47,724 nucleotides of DNA from Myxococcota bacterium (GTDB lineage: Bacteria > Myxococcota_C > UBA6777), in contig JAKLKB010000036.1 of NCBI GenBank assembly GCA_023150835.1, positions 1-47,724 of the forward strand, given 5' to 3'. Numbering within the stretch: position 1 is the first letter of the stretch; the number at the start of each line of letters is the position of its first letter. The translations under genes were made by a program, and so were the position numbers. The notes under the pieces were generated by a model. It was not told the origin of the DNA. It ran no database searches and saw nothing but the letters and a program-made list of their open reading frames with translations. Shown here one piece after another: positions 11,002 to 21,044 of this stretch.

Positions 11002-12960
11002 TTACGGGCTTGAACGCACAGAAGCTCCTTGTACGGGGGCCACCGAAGAGGAAGGGCTTTGAAGCAAAGCGCGGATCTCTTGAAGACGAGCAAGAAAACG
11101 ATCTCGCAACAAGTCGAGCTCTTTTTGGCGAATTTCCAAGATGGCACGTTGTGATTCCAAATACCCCGCCTGTCCGAGTTGATCGCGATGCTCTTCCATC
11201 ATCCGCGTGATCCGACCGAACAAGCTATCAAAGTACTGACTCACCCATTGTTTGATGCCTTGCGACACCCGATCAAGGATCAAAGCCATCTTGTCTGGAA
11301 GCAGGCGGCGTCCTTCGTGTAGCTGTTTGATCTGCGACTCGATATGTTGCCGAAGCTGCCGCGCTTTCATATAGTTTCGCGCAAACAGTCCCACCATAAA
11401 ACCGCCGATCCCACCGACAGGAAAAGCCAACGGACCTAAGAAAGACAGCAACGCCATCCCCTGCCCCCCCGCTGCCATCGTCGCACTCACCGTTGTCAGA
11501 CCCAAGATCGCCTCGGCAGCGCCCAAACGATCCTCGTATCCATCAAAGATCCCAAGCAGCGCTTTTTGGTTGCGGCTCAAGGCAAAAGACGTGCTGCTGT
11601 GCTTGAGTTGCCCGGGATCGCTCATCGCCAGCAGATCATCCAATTGCCGATAAAGCCATCGATGCGCGGCTTGAAAGATCGCATCCACCCGCTCTGCGAT
11701 CACTTTTTCGATCTTCGACCCCTGCACCAAGTTCTTTTGGTACAGCGCCTCGATCGACTCCACCATCGTACCAAAGACCTGCATCGTTTGGATCTCTTCG
11801 AGAGCCTGCACCGTTCCGTCCAACAACGCCCCAACTTCCGGCTCGATCATCGCTTGCAGACCCTTGATCTCCCCATCGATCGCATCAAAAAGTTCGTACT
11901 TTTTGAGTTCGGCTTTTTCGTGCGACTTATGCAGCGCGTGGATCTTCTTCTCGACATCGGCGCGTTTGGTAAACAGCACCTCGCCGCGCAACGTCAAGAG
12001 CTTTTGCAACAGCGTCACCACTTCAAAGCTATTGCGGATCGAAGAGGCCAGCACCGCACGGCTCGCATCTTGGGCCAAGAATCGCTCCAGATCCGACTGA
12101 AACGCTGGAAAACCGCTCGCGACAAAAGCCGCTTCATCGCCTTGTGTGATCGCTTCCCACGCCATCCGTGCGTTGATCACATACGCCCGTATCCGATCAG
12201 GCCGCAGATCGGGGTGGGCGCTCAGATCAGGGTCACGCGAGATATTGTGGATCACGCGCTCGCGCAACCGCTCGCGTTGCGGCCAAAAATCGCCCGAAAG
12301 ATTGATCACCAAAAACACTTTGTCGCACTGGTGGGTTGCACGCTTGAGAAAGTCCATCTCCCCACGCGTAAAGGGCGGATAAATGGACGTGATAATCACC
12401 GCCCCCATCTCATCCAAAAATCGCGTAGAAAGCTCGGTATAACTTTGGATCACGTCGTTGAGTCCGGGCGTATCAAAGAAACGGATGCCGTTTTTTAGAT
12501 AGCCCAGAGGCAAGCAGACACGCACCTTTGCGACACCTTTTTGATTTTCGGGATTGTGCATCTGATCAGTAAAGTGTGGGAGTTCTGCCCACGAAGTCGG
12601 CGCAACGCGACCATCCAGATAATGCACCTCCAAACGCTCCGTCTCACCGTACTCAAACTCCATCAGCGAGCCTGTGTTGGAGACCACATCAGGGCGCGTC
12701 ACTTCGCGGCGCGAAAGGCAATTGATCGTGGTCGACTTTCCACTACAAGTCTCGCCAAAGATCCCGATGGTCAGGCGATCATCTTGAACCAACTGCAGCC
12801 GCTTTTGGATCCGATCCAGAACGGTTTGTGTCAGCGAATCTCCCCCATCTTGCGCCTGATCGCGCCGCAACATCTCTGCCATCATCTCCAAATCCGAAAG
12901 CAGTTCTTGGCGGATCTCTATGTAGCGAGAAAGGCTTCCTTGCGGGTGTCGAAGCGTCAC
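11002..12960 (-). CDS. Bacterial dynamin-like GTPase
   Basis: G1 GETCSGKSTTIN, G3 FFDTPGLN, helical stalk, Gly-rich hydrophobic paddle (LGPLAFPVGGIGGFMVGLF); start GTG 12960 (or 12966) behind AGGAG. Confidence 0.85.
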   Translation of the reverse strand: MTLRHPQGSLSRYIEIRQELLSDLEMMAEMLRRDQAQDGGDSLTQTVLDRIQKRLQLVQDDRLTIGIFGETCSGKSTTINCLSRREVTRPDVVSNTGSLMEFEYGETERLEVHYLDGRVAPTSWAELPHFTDQMHNPENQKGVAKVRVCLPLGYLKNGIRFFDTPGLNDVIQSYTELSTRFLDEMGAVIITSIYPPFTRGEMDFLKRATHQCDKVFLVINLSGDFWPQRERLRERVIHNISRDPDLSAHPDLRPDRIRAYVINARMAWEAITQGDEAAFVASGFPAFQSDLERFLAQDASRAVLASSIRNSFEVVTLLQKLLTLRGEVLFTKRADVEKKIHALHKSHEKAELKKYELFDAIDGEIKGLQAMIEPEVGALLDGTVQALEEIQTMQVFGTMVESIEALYQKNLVQGSKIEKVIAERVDAIFQAAHRWLYRQLDDLLAMSDPGQLKHSSTSFALSRNQKALLGIFDGYEDRLGAAEAILGLTTVSATMAAGGQGMALLSFLGPLAFPVGGIGGFMVGLFARNYMKARQLRQHIESQIKQLHEGRRLLPDKMALILDRVSQGIKQWVSQYFDSLFGRITRMMEEHRDQLGQAGYLESQRAILEIRQKELDLLRDRFLARLQEIRALLQSPSSSVAPVQGASVRSSP

Positions 12961-13264
12961 GGTCACTCTCCTGCCTTGCGTGGCCCTACGGGGCCGATCT
13001 ATCCCTGTCCAATGCGCCCCAAAGATATACGCATGGCTGCACAAAAGCAAAGCCTCCGCCCTTCCTTCCTTGCCTACATACTGTATCTCCCGAAGGAAAT
13101 AGAGGTTCGAGGGGGTTGATCTTGCTCGGTCCTTGCAACATCCTGTTGTGTTGTGCGCGAGCAGAAAAATATCCTTGATGTTCTGTTTGCACCATCGTTC
13201 GGCACAAATCCACTTCGCGTTGTACGAACACACCTCCCAACCCCGAAGAAAGCAGGCAAGCCTC

Positions 13265-16200
13265 ATGGCAACGCAAGAAGCCCAAACCCTTCCAGCCTCC
13301 CCACCTCCCAAAAAACGCCGATGGCTCAGGCGGATCTTGTGGTTGCTGGGTGGCCTCTTGATGCTTCCTGTGGTGATCTTGCTGCTGTTTCTAGTCTTTT
13401 GGCAGATCGGGCCAAGTCGCGCTTTGGTTCGGTCCGTCGGTCTGTCCGTTGCATCGGGATTTTTGCATGGAAAGATCGAGCTAGACTCTCTCGGTGGAAC
13501 TTTGCTGACTGGACTTGAAGTCAGCGGCGTCCGCTGGTACAGCCGACAAGGCAAGCTGATCGCTGGACTCAAACGGCTCGATGTCCGCTATGATCTGATG
13601 AAGTTTCTGACCCAAGGCGAACTCGTCGTCACTTCGCTGACGCTCGAAAAACCCGAAGGATACTTGTTTGTCCAAAAAGACGGCCAGATCAACTTGCTCG
13701 CCCATCTCAACCTCGGCCCACCAAGCCAAGCCCCTCCCCCCGAAGTCGACTTGTCCTGTACCCCCCAAACCTTCGGAAAATCCGCAGGCTTTCGGCTATC
13801 TGTGCAAAAGATCGCGATCCACGACGTGCGGTTTTCATGGGGAGAAGGCGAAAATGCCCTTCGTGTCGAAGGATTGAACCTTTCCACTGACTTCAAAATG
13901 ATCGGATCCACCCTGATGGCCCATCTCAGCGACCTCCATCTCGACCTGTTCAACCCCGACGTCAAAGTCCGCAAGATCAGCCTCCGCTTCAAGATGGAAA
14001 CCCTCTGCGATCCCCGCACCAAGAGACAGATCACACAACTCCACGCCAAACAACTCGATCTCGACTTTGGTCAGCGTTCGGCCCTCCATCTCGACGCCAC
14101 CATCAAAGACCTCTCGACCCTCGATCTGCAAGTCAAATCCCGCCGATTCTTCGTAGCGACCGACGATATCAAGCGCATCGTCCCCGTCTATCCCGTCAAA
14201 CCCGATGTCCAAGCCGATCTCTTTACCGCCAGCGGTCCCCTTTCCGATCTTAAAGCCGACCTCAAACTCCGCCTCGGTCAAACCTCTCTCAAACTCGATG
14301 CCCGCGCAGGCATCCTCAACCAAAGCTACGATGTCAAGCTCCAACTCTCCAAAGCTGATCTCGCCGAGATATTGGGCAACCCCGCCCTTCAAAGCCTGCT
14401 TTCTCTTGAATTAACCGCCAAAGGAAAAGGCTTTTCGGATAAAACCAAAGGAAAAGTTCACCTTAAAGTCCGGCCAAGTTCATTTCAGCAATTCAAGATC
14501 GAAGAAGTCTCCGTTCTCGTCGACGCCGCCGACGGAGCCTTTACCATCCCCGCCCTACGTGTGCGCACGCCCTACCTCAACATCCCCAAGGGGGAAGCCT
14601 ACGTCAAACTCGACGGCGGCATCGTACGCGCTGACATCGACGGACGCATCGCAAACCTTTCTCCCCTCGGGAAAGTCGTCAAGCAAAAGCTCGCAGGAAG
14701 CGTCTCCTTCAACCTCAAAGCCAACGGAAAAAAATTCCTCCCCCAAGCCAACCTCACACTCAGCGGTCGAAGCATCCGCCATCCCGCAGCAAGTGTCGAG
14801 ACGATCCGCCTTCGCGCCGCCTTGCTCGATCTTCAGCCCATCACCGCCGAGATCAAAGAACTCTCCGTTCAAGGCGTCCAAGCAGGCGGACAAACCGTCT
14901 ACCGCGCCGATATCGGACTCCAGTACAAGATGGGACAAGGCAAACAAGGCCCCGCTCATCTTGTTCGCTTAGACAAACTCCAATTCGATGTCGGAACGGG
15001 TCTCTTTCGATTGCAGCCCAAAAACAAAAAGACCCGCACGCAGATCTCCTTTCAAGACGATATCGCAACGATCAAAAACTTTCGCCTCCAAAACGACCGT
15101 AGCAGCGCACGACAACGCCTGCGCAGACAACTTGCGATCCTCCGACGCCACCTCTTGCGCGCCCCCAAAACATCCGTCACCACACGATCTTTTGCAACAT
15201 ACCAAAGCGAACTCCAGCGCCGCGCAGAACAAAGCGATCTCCCTCGCCTTTGTCGCACCCTTTACAAACAACGCTATCTCGCATCACGCGCAACCACCCA
15301 ACGCCCAAGCCGCTCAAAGCGCACCGTCACCCCCTCAAAACAACGCTCGATCCGATCAAAACAACGCTCGATCCGATCAAAACAACGCTCGGTCCGATCA
15401 AAGCAACGCTCGGCCCCATCAAGGCACACAGCCTCAAGATCAAAGCAACCCTCGACCAAAGCAGCGGCTGCTGCGCAGGTTTACACCATCGCAAGCTGCC
15501 ACAGTCTCCTCGAACGCGCAGAGCAACACTTCGAACACACGACCCAAGCATGCACCACCCAAAACCCCGAATCCATCGCCATCCAAGACGCTCGCTTTCA
15601 CATCAAAGGCGCGGGTCAAACCTTGGGTCTGGCGATCCGCGATCTCGCGGTGGGCTGCGTCACAGGCGTACTTGGGATCATGCCCGATACACCGTTGCGT
15701 GGGTATCTTGATGTCGCGTTGGATGTCGCTGGAGACTTTCGCAAACCCCGCCTCGAAAACCTCTCTATCCACCTGAAAGACGGTCAATTCGACAAGTTCC
15801 GCGATCTCACCCTCGCCCTCAACGCATCTTACAACCCCAAACGCTCTCCCAAAAACCTGCGGCTCCCGCGTGATGTCTTTCACCTCGATCTCAACGCTGG
15901 ATACAAAGAACTCAACTTGCTGCGCCGAACCGATGCAAACACCCCCCAAAAGGCCGAACGGAAGCTGATCGCGCTCAAAGCCCGTCTCCCCATCCGCGCC
16001 GCCATCCAAGGAATGCCGCGTCAGCCCATCCAGTTCGAACGAAAGCTCCGCGAACCCATCCTCTTCCTCTCGCTCCCCAAGATATCCCTTGGCTGGCTTG
16101 CCCGCGTCCTCAATCAAGGCGACCTCGCCCGAGGGCAACAGCCCGGGACGCTCCAACTTGGCGGCACCGTCGATGCCGAGATCAAGCTACTCGGGCCGCT

Positions 16201-19200
16201 GAGTGTCCCCACGCTCGATCTGCGCTTTGCCCTCGAAAAAGGCCGCTACGAGCAACTCAGCGATATCGACCTCAAACTCAACGTCCACTTCCATGACGGC
16301 GAACTCCGCCTCCCCAAAGAAGAGAATCGCCTCTACATCAACAAAAAGCCGATCTTTGCGCTCGGTGGGATGCTCCCCCTCCACCTTCGCCTTTCTCCTC
16401 CAACGCGCCCTCAAAAACGCAAAGCGGCCGCTGCTTCGCTTTATTGGTTGGATGATACACCGCTCGACTTTTTCTTTAAGATCTATGGTCAACAAGTTCA
16501 AACATGGCGAGACTTTTTACCTACCGATCTGCGCGATGCGATCGGTGGTCTTTTGCACGCAGATATCCTGCTTGCAGGCAAACCCAGCGCCCCCTCATTC
16601 CGCTTTGATATCCGGTTTGAAGAAGGCAGCTTCTGCCCACTTGTTTCTCAAAACGTCCGACTGTCCGCCAAGGAAAGACGAGCGCTGTTAAAGAAAGCCC
16701 AAGCAGACGAAAAAAAGCGCATCGCTGCGCTGCGTAAACAAGGCAAAAACGAAGCCCCCCAAACGATCACGCTCGACGATATGCCTTTGACTCGCTCTGT
16801 CAGTGCCTTCCGATGTAGCCAAAAAGTTCGCTCTCTTGTCAGCAAACAGCCCAAAGCCACTTCCTTGCGCGTGAAAGGCATCCATTACCACCTCGGTTTG
16901 CGCTATCTTCCCCCGGGACAAAGCCACGAGATCTCGCCGCTTTGCCCAAAAGAGTCGGGGTGCTTCTCGTTTTTCTCCAAGCTCCACCTTGCCCAACACA
17001 AGGCGGCCAAAGCCACGACCTACTTTGAACTTCCCGAAAAAACCAACTGGCTTGCGATGACCCTGCGCGTCGATCCCAAAACGCTCCAACCATCGGTTCG
17101 GATCTTCGATCACGTCAGCCTCGACCTCCAGATGCCCGGGCTTCCCTTGCGCGATCTCTACCGATTTGTCCGTATCCCCGCACTTTTACAACTCAAACCC
17201 GGAAGCCGCTTTGTCTTTTCTTTCCGCGAACAAGGCAAACTCTCGCAACCCCGCCTCGCCCTTTCCGCACGCCTCCAAGACGTCGGCTACGAGATGGGTC
17301 GCGACGTGGACGACAAGCCACTTTACCTCGATGGAGTACAGGCGATCGTCGATCTGTCCCTTCAGCCCGGCCAAACTAAAGCTCTGATTAAAACCCACGT
17401 GTTCAACAAGCCTCTGCTCACCAACACCACGCGCTATGATCTCGATGTCGCCGTCGATCTGGCTCAACTCAACCAGATGCTGCCCGGCAACCCCCGCCCC
17501 AAAACCCCCGCCAAACAAGGCATGGTGCGCGTCGAAGCGGGACGCTTCTTCTCCAATCGCTTGACCTTCCATAACTTCCGATTGGAAAACTTCGCACAAC
17601 TCGGCGGCATCTACACCAAACTCGCAGGGATGCTCACAGGCGCGGTACTGCTTGAGGGCGATCCTGCCTGCCCTGAATGGAAAACCATCGAACGGGCCCA
17701 AGGCAGCGCCCCCCCCAAAGAAAGCCACATCGAACTGCGCAACGGCATCCTTGGTGATCGCGGTAGCCCAAAAGCCCAAAGCAAAGAGTTTGTCGCAGCC
17801 CTCAAAGCACGCGAAGCCTTCGAAGCGATCGCACGACGTTGGCGAGTCGCCACCAACCAAGAAAACGAACTCAGCAACAAGATCGATCAGATCCAAAAAA
17901 AGCCAAACCTCGCTGACGAAGACAAAGCCAAACTTCGCTCGTTGCTTGCTCAACGCCAAGACTTTCGACGACGCACTTTTTACCCGATTACAGGACGCTA
18001 TAACCGCGCCCGCCAAGCGCTGCTCGCCTTCTCTCGCAGCAGCAAAAAAGCCCTACGCTTTAGCCATTTTTATATCGGCTTTTTTTCTACAACCAACGAT
18101 GAGCAAACGCAAAAAGACGGACGCACACGCATCCTGCTCAAGATGGTTCAAGACGGCTCATGGAAGATCGAAGGCAAAAAGCGGATCATGCGCGGCTTTG
18201 ATATCCTCGACGGAGAGATCCTTGCGGCCCTGCCTCTCGCGCTTGCGGCGATCTCAAACCCACAAGAGCGCCAACGGCGTTGTCCTGCCCTGAAACAGGG
18301 AAAGGCCGACGAACGCCTGTACGTCAAACTCGGCGTGATCGGTGAGCGCATGAAGCTCGATTTCATCGAAGCCTTTGCTCCCGGGATCGAGATCCAAGGT
18401 GAACCCAAACTGGTCGTCAACCTCTCTGGAACCCTCCAATCTCCCGAGATCAAAAGCGGTCAAGTCGGTGTCGAGATCAGCAAACTGACCTATCCCGCTT
18501 TTGGGGTAGAGATCGGCGAGCAAAAAAATCCGCAATATCGCTTCGCAAAGCCGATGCGTTCGCAGTTTGTGATCCAACTCAAACCCAAACAATATCAAGT
18601 CCTCTGCCGACTTTACGGAAAAACGGGAACCCCCTTCCAAATCGACGGGTGGATCGCTCACAAGAACTTTGTCCCCTCGGACATGAGCCTCAAGATCTTT
18701 TCCAAAGAATTCAAGCCGATGGACACCCTGCGCTACCGCGCAACGCTCCAAACCAACATCTCCATCCAAGAAGCCCTTGATGCCCCCAAGATACGCGGAT
18801 CGATCACCATCCCCGAATTTCTTTTCACTCTCCCAGAAAGCAGCCGCAGCCCACAAACCTACATCGAAGACGAAGATATCTATATCCTCGGTGAACCTCG
18901 CAAAAAACGACGTAGCCGCGACCCATTCGAGGAAAAGCCCCCTCCATCGGGCATCACACAAAAGATGCTGCTCGATCTACAGATCATCATCCCGCGCAAC
19001 TTCTTTGTACGCAACCGCGATCTCAGCATCGAAGCCAAAACCGAAGACTTCCGTCCACTCGGCGTCAACCTACAACGCGGACGCCTCCGCCTGACAGGTG
19101 GTTTGCAGATCCAACGCGGCGAGTTGGCCTTTTACGGGAAAAAATTTCTTGTCGAAAGCGGAAGCGCCGTCGCTTTTACAGGTCAATCCTTTGGCATGGA

Positions 19201-19882
19201 TGAACTCGGATACATCGACCCCAAACTCAATGTGATCGCGGTGTACATCGTCAAAGTCCAAAGCGGCACAAGCCTCGCAAAACAAGGCTACAAGCGTGTC
19301 AAAGTCTTGCTCAAAGCCCTTGGCTCGGCCCAAAACCCGATCATCGAGTTCGAAGTCATCGACGCCGACACCGAAACCAAGATCTCTATGGATCGCATCA
19401 ACGTGCTTTCCTTGATCCTCACAGGCACCACCACCGAAGATCTCAGCCGAGGCCAACAAGACAACATCACCAAACAAGCCGTCGGAATGGTCGGAAGTGC
19501 CGTCGCTTCCGAACTCAAAAACGCGCTCTCTGGCGTCGTTAAAATGGACGTCCTCAACATCGAAACAGGCGCAAACGTCAGTGATCTCAAAGTCGAAGCG
19601 GGTTGGTACTTGACGCCTGACCTCTACCTCGAAGTCGCCGTCAAGCCCGCCCCCCTCGAAGAAGAAAGCTACCTCGATATGCGCCTCGACTACGCCATCA
19701 ACCGCAATCTCTCCCTCGAACTGCGCTCCGGCCTCGTCAAGCGCAACGACGCGTTGTGGTTTCGTGGGTCGGGCCACTTTTTTGTCAAAGGAAAATTCTT
19801 GTGCCTTTGGCCGTTCTGTCCAGAAGACAGAAGGCTCCCCAAACCCCCACCGAAACGAAAAACTCCTCCACCAAAACGATAA
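13265..19882 (+). CDS. tamB: Very large TamB/AsmA-like (DUF490) protein, ~2200 aa
   Basis: N-terminal TM after KKRRWLRR, long amphipathic beta-strand repeats, C-terminal TamB-like region (G.L.FYGKKF.VE.G...DPKLNVIA...LSLILTG...EAGWYLTPDLYLE...LDYAINRNLSLE); start ATG 13265. Confidence 0.8.
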   Translation: MATQEAQTLPASPPPKKRRWLRRILWLLGGLLMLPVVILLLFLVFWQIGPSRALVRSVGLSVASGFLHGKIELDSLGGTLLTGLEVSGVRWYSRQGKLIAGLKRLDVRYDLMKFLTQGELVVTSLTLEKPEGYLFVQKDGQINLLAHLNLGPPSQAPPPEVDLSCTPQTFGKSAGFRLSVQKIAIHDVRFSWGEGENALRVEGLNLSTDFKMIGSTLMAHLSDLHLDLFNPDVKVRKISLRFKMETLCDPRTKRQITQLHAKQLDLDFGQRSALHLDATIKDLSTLDLQVKSRRFFVATDDIKRIVPVYPVKPDVQADLFTASGPLSDLKADLKLRLGQTSLKLDARAGILNQSYDVKLQLSKADLAEILGNPALQSLLSLELTAKGKGFSDKTKGKVHLKVRPSSFQQFKIEEVSVLVDAADGAFTIPALRVRTPYLNIPKGEAYVKLDGGIVRADIDGRIANLSPLGKVVKQKLAGSVSFNLKANGKKFLPQANLTLSGRSIRHPAASVETIRLRAALLDLQPITAEIKELSVQGVQAGGQTVYRADIGLQYKMGQGKQGPAHLVRLDKLQFDVGTGLFRLQPKNKKTRTQISFQDDIATIKNFRLQNDRSSARQRLRRQLAILRRHLLRAPKTSVTTRSFATYQSELQRRAEQSDLPRLCRTLYKQRYLASRATTQRPSRSKRTVTPSKQRSIRSKQRSIRSKQRSVRSKQRSAPSRHTASRSKQPSTKAAAAAQVYTIASCHSLLERAEQHFEHTTQACTTQNPESIAIQDARFHIKGAGQTLGLAIRDLAVGCVTGVLGIMPDTPLRGYLDVALDVAGDFRKPRLENLSIHLKDGQFDKFRDLTLALNASYNPKRSPKNLRLPRDVFHLDLNAGYKELNLLRRTDANTPQKAERKLIALKARLPIRAAIQGMPRQPIQFERKLREPILFLSLPKISLGWLARVLNQGDLARGQQPGTLQLGGTVDAEIKLLGPLSVPTLDLRFALEKGRYEQLSDIDLKLNVHFHDGELRLPKEENRLYINKKPIFALGGMLPLHLRLSPPTRPQKRKAAAASLYWLDDTPLDFFFKIYGQQVQTWRDFLPTDLRDAIGGLLHADILLAGKPSAPSFRFDIRFEEGSFCPLVSQNVRLSAKERRALLKKAQADEKKRIAALRKQGKNEAPQTITLDDMPLTRSVSAFRCSQKVRSLVSKQPKATSLRVKGIHYHLGLRYLPPGQSHEISPLCPKESGCFSFFSKLHLAQHKAAKATTYFELPEKTNWLAMTLRVDPKTLQPSVRIFDHVSLDLQMPGLPLRDLYRFVRIPALLQLKPGSRFVFSFREQGKLSQPRLALSARLQDVGYEMGRDVDDKPLYLDGVQAIVDLSLQPGQTKALIKTHVFNKPLLTNTTRYDLDVAVDLAQLNQMLPGNPRPKTPAKQGMVRVEAGRFFSNRLTFHNFRLENFAQLGGIYTKLAGMLTGAVLLEGDPACPEWKTIERAQGSAPPKESHIELRNGILGDRGSPKAQSKEFVAALKAREAFEAIARRWRVATNQENELSNKIDQIQKKPNLADEDKAKLRSLLAQRQDFRRRTFYPITGRYNRARQALLAFSRSSKKALRFSHFYIGFFSTTNDEQTQKDGRTRILLKMVQDGSWKIEGKKRIMRGFDILDGEILAALPLALAAISNPQERQRRCPALKQGKADERLYVKLGVIGERMKLDFIEAFAPGIEIQGEPKLVVNLSGTLQSPEIKSGQVGVEISKLTYPAFGVEIGEQKNPQYRFAKPMRSQFVIQLKPKQYQVLCRLYGKTGTPFQIDGWIAHKNFVPSDMSLKIFSKEFKPMDTLRYRATLQTNISIQEALDAPKIRGSITIPEFLFTLPESSRSPQTYIEDEDIYILGEPRKKRRSRDPFEEKPPPSGITQKMLLDLQIIIPRNFFVRNRDLSIEAKTEDFRPLGVNLQRGRLRLTGGLQIQRGELAFYGKKFLVESGSAVAFTGQSFGMDELGYIDPKLNVIAVYIVKVQSGTSLAKQGYKRVKVLLKALGSAQNPIIEFEVIDADTETKISMDRINVLSLILTGTTTEDLSRGQQDNITKQAVGMVGSAVASELKNALSGVVKMDVLNIETGANVSDLKVEAGWYLTPDLYLEVAVKPAPLEEESYLDMRLDYAINRNLSLELRSGLVKRNDALWFRGSGHFFVKGKFLCLWPFCPEDRRLPKPPPKRKTPPPKR
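15335..15411. repeat. Coding tandem repeat, 21-bp unit x ~3.7 (SKQRSIR)
   Basis: tcaaaacaacgctcgatccga repeated. Confidence 0.85.
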
Positions 19883-20049
19883 AGCTGCTTTCACTTTTCA
19901 AAGCACCTTGCATAAAACAAACAAGGCTCTAAGATGGGGTCTGTTTCACCGAGCATTGCACGAAGCGCCCGTCTATACGGGATGCTCCCACTTCACCATG
20001 ACGCGCAACACAAACGCGCCTTCTTCTCGAACCCGCAAAGGAAACGCTG

Positions 20050-20988
20050 ATGTTTCAGACGATGTATGACATCTCCATGGGCGGACGCGCTGGCATCCTC
20101 AACCGCATCTTTACCGTTGCGATGTTGCTGGTCGTCGCCGTCCAACTTTGGCGCTTGCTCCACTTTCGTGTACGCCTCTCGCGCTGGCGCGATCGGCTTC
20201 GCCTTCTTGAACAAGAAGCCCGCGAAGAAGGCGTTGTCACCGCCACCGACGAAGACGTCCTCCCCCCCACCAACCCCTATGCCCGCTTTTGGGATATGGT
20301 CCCTTCGATGGCCATTATGTTCGGACTTCTCGGAACCTTCGTCGGCCTCACGCTCTCTTTGAGCGAACTCCCCGTCACAGGCGAAGTCGATCAAATCCAA
20401 AAAGGTCTGTCTCGATCGATCCCTTCGATGGGTACGGCCTTTTGGACCAGCCTTGCAGGTCTGATCGTTGCTCTGGCTGTTCGGATCTCGAACGCCTTTA
20501 TGGCTTCAAGCTTCCGCAAGCGCGTCATCCAAACCCTGATGCAAAGTGAACCCGCTGTGATCGAAGCCCTTGAAAGCAAAGCCTTCCAACTTGGCCGAGA
20601 TGGCGCGCTTTTGCGCACGCACAGCATCCGTGAGCTACTCTGGCACCAAAACCGACTGCTCAATCAAACCGTCGCCCGCGTCGCCCCCCAAGTCTCCGAA
20701 GGTATCGCACGCGGTCTCGGCCAGCTTAACGGGCAAACACCTACTCCCATCGCAACAAACACCAGCAGCCCTTCCCTTGACCGCCTTGTTCGACAGCTTG
20801 AGACCCAACAACAAGATCAACAACGCAGCCTCCAAGCCATGATCGAACAACAACAAGCCATCCTTCAACAACTCCAGCACCTGATCGCCCTCTGGAGCCA
20901 AGCCCCCACCGCCGACTCGACCGCTGATTATTCCCTCGAACGTACCAACGTCGGCACGCCCACACCTTTTCCCAACAAAGGCCGATAA
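20050..20988 (+). CDS. MotA/TolQ/ExbB-family ion-channel subunit, ZorA-like
   Basis: Three TM helices; VPSMAIMFGLLGTFVGLTLSL and MGTAFWTSLAGL signatures; ~160-aa tail with Gln-rich coiled coil. Confidence 0.8.
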   Translation: MFQTMYDISMGGRAGILNRIFTVAMLLVVAVQLWRLLHFRVRLSRWRDRLRLLEQEAREEGVVTATDEDVLPPTNPYARFWDMVPSMAIMFGLLGTFVGLTLSLSELPVTGEVDQIQKGLSRSIPSMGTAFWTSLAGLIVALAVRISNAFMASSFRKRVIQTLMQSEPAVIEALESKAFQLGRDGALLRTHSIRELLWHQNRLLNQTVARVAPQVSEGIARGLGQLNGQTPTPIATNTSSPSLDRLVRQLETQQQDQQRSLQAMIEQQQAILQQLQHLIALWSQAPTADSTADYSLERTNVGTPTPFPNKGR

Positions 20989-21044
20989 ACCTCGCGGATC
21001 AAGCCGATCCGCTCCACAACTCTTTGCAATCTGGAGGTGGTTTC

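Noticed and set aside
12967-13572. N-terminal extension of the dynamin-like ORF (and 13133-13264 of TamB)
   Set aside because: Mutually overlapping, non-protein-like sequence; internal starts are more plausible
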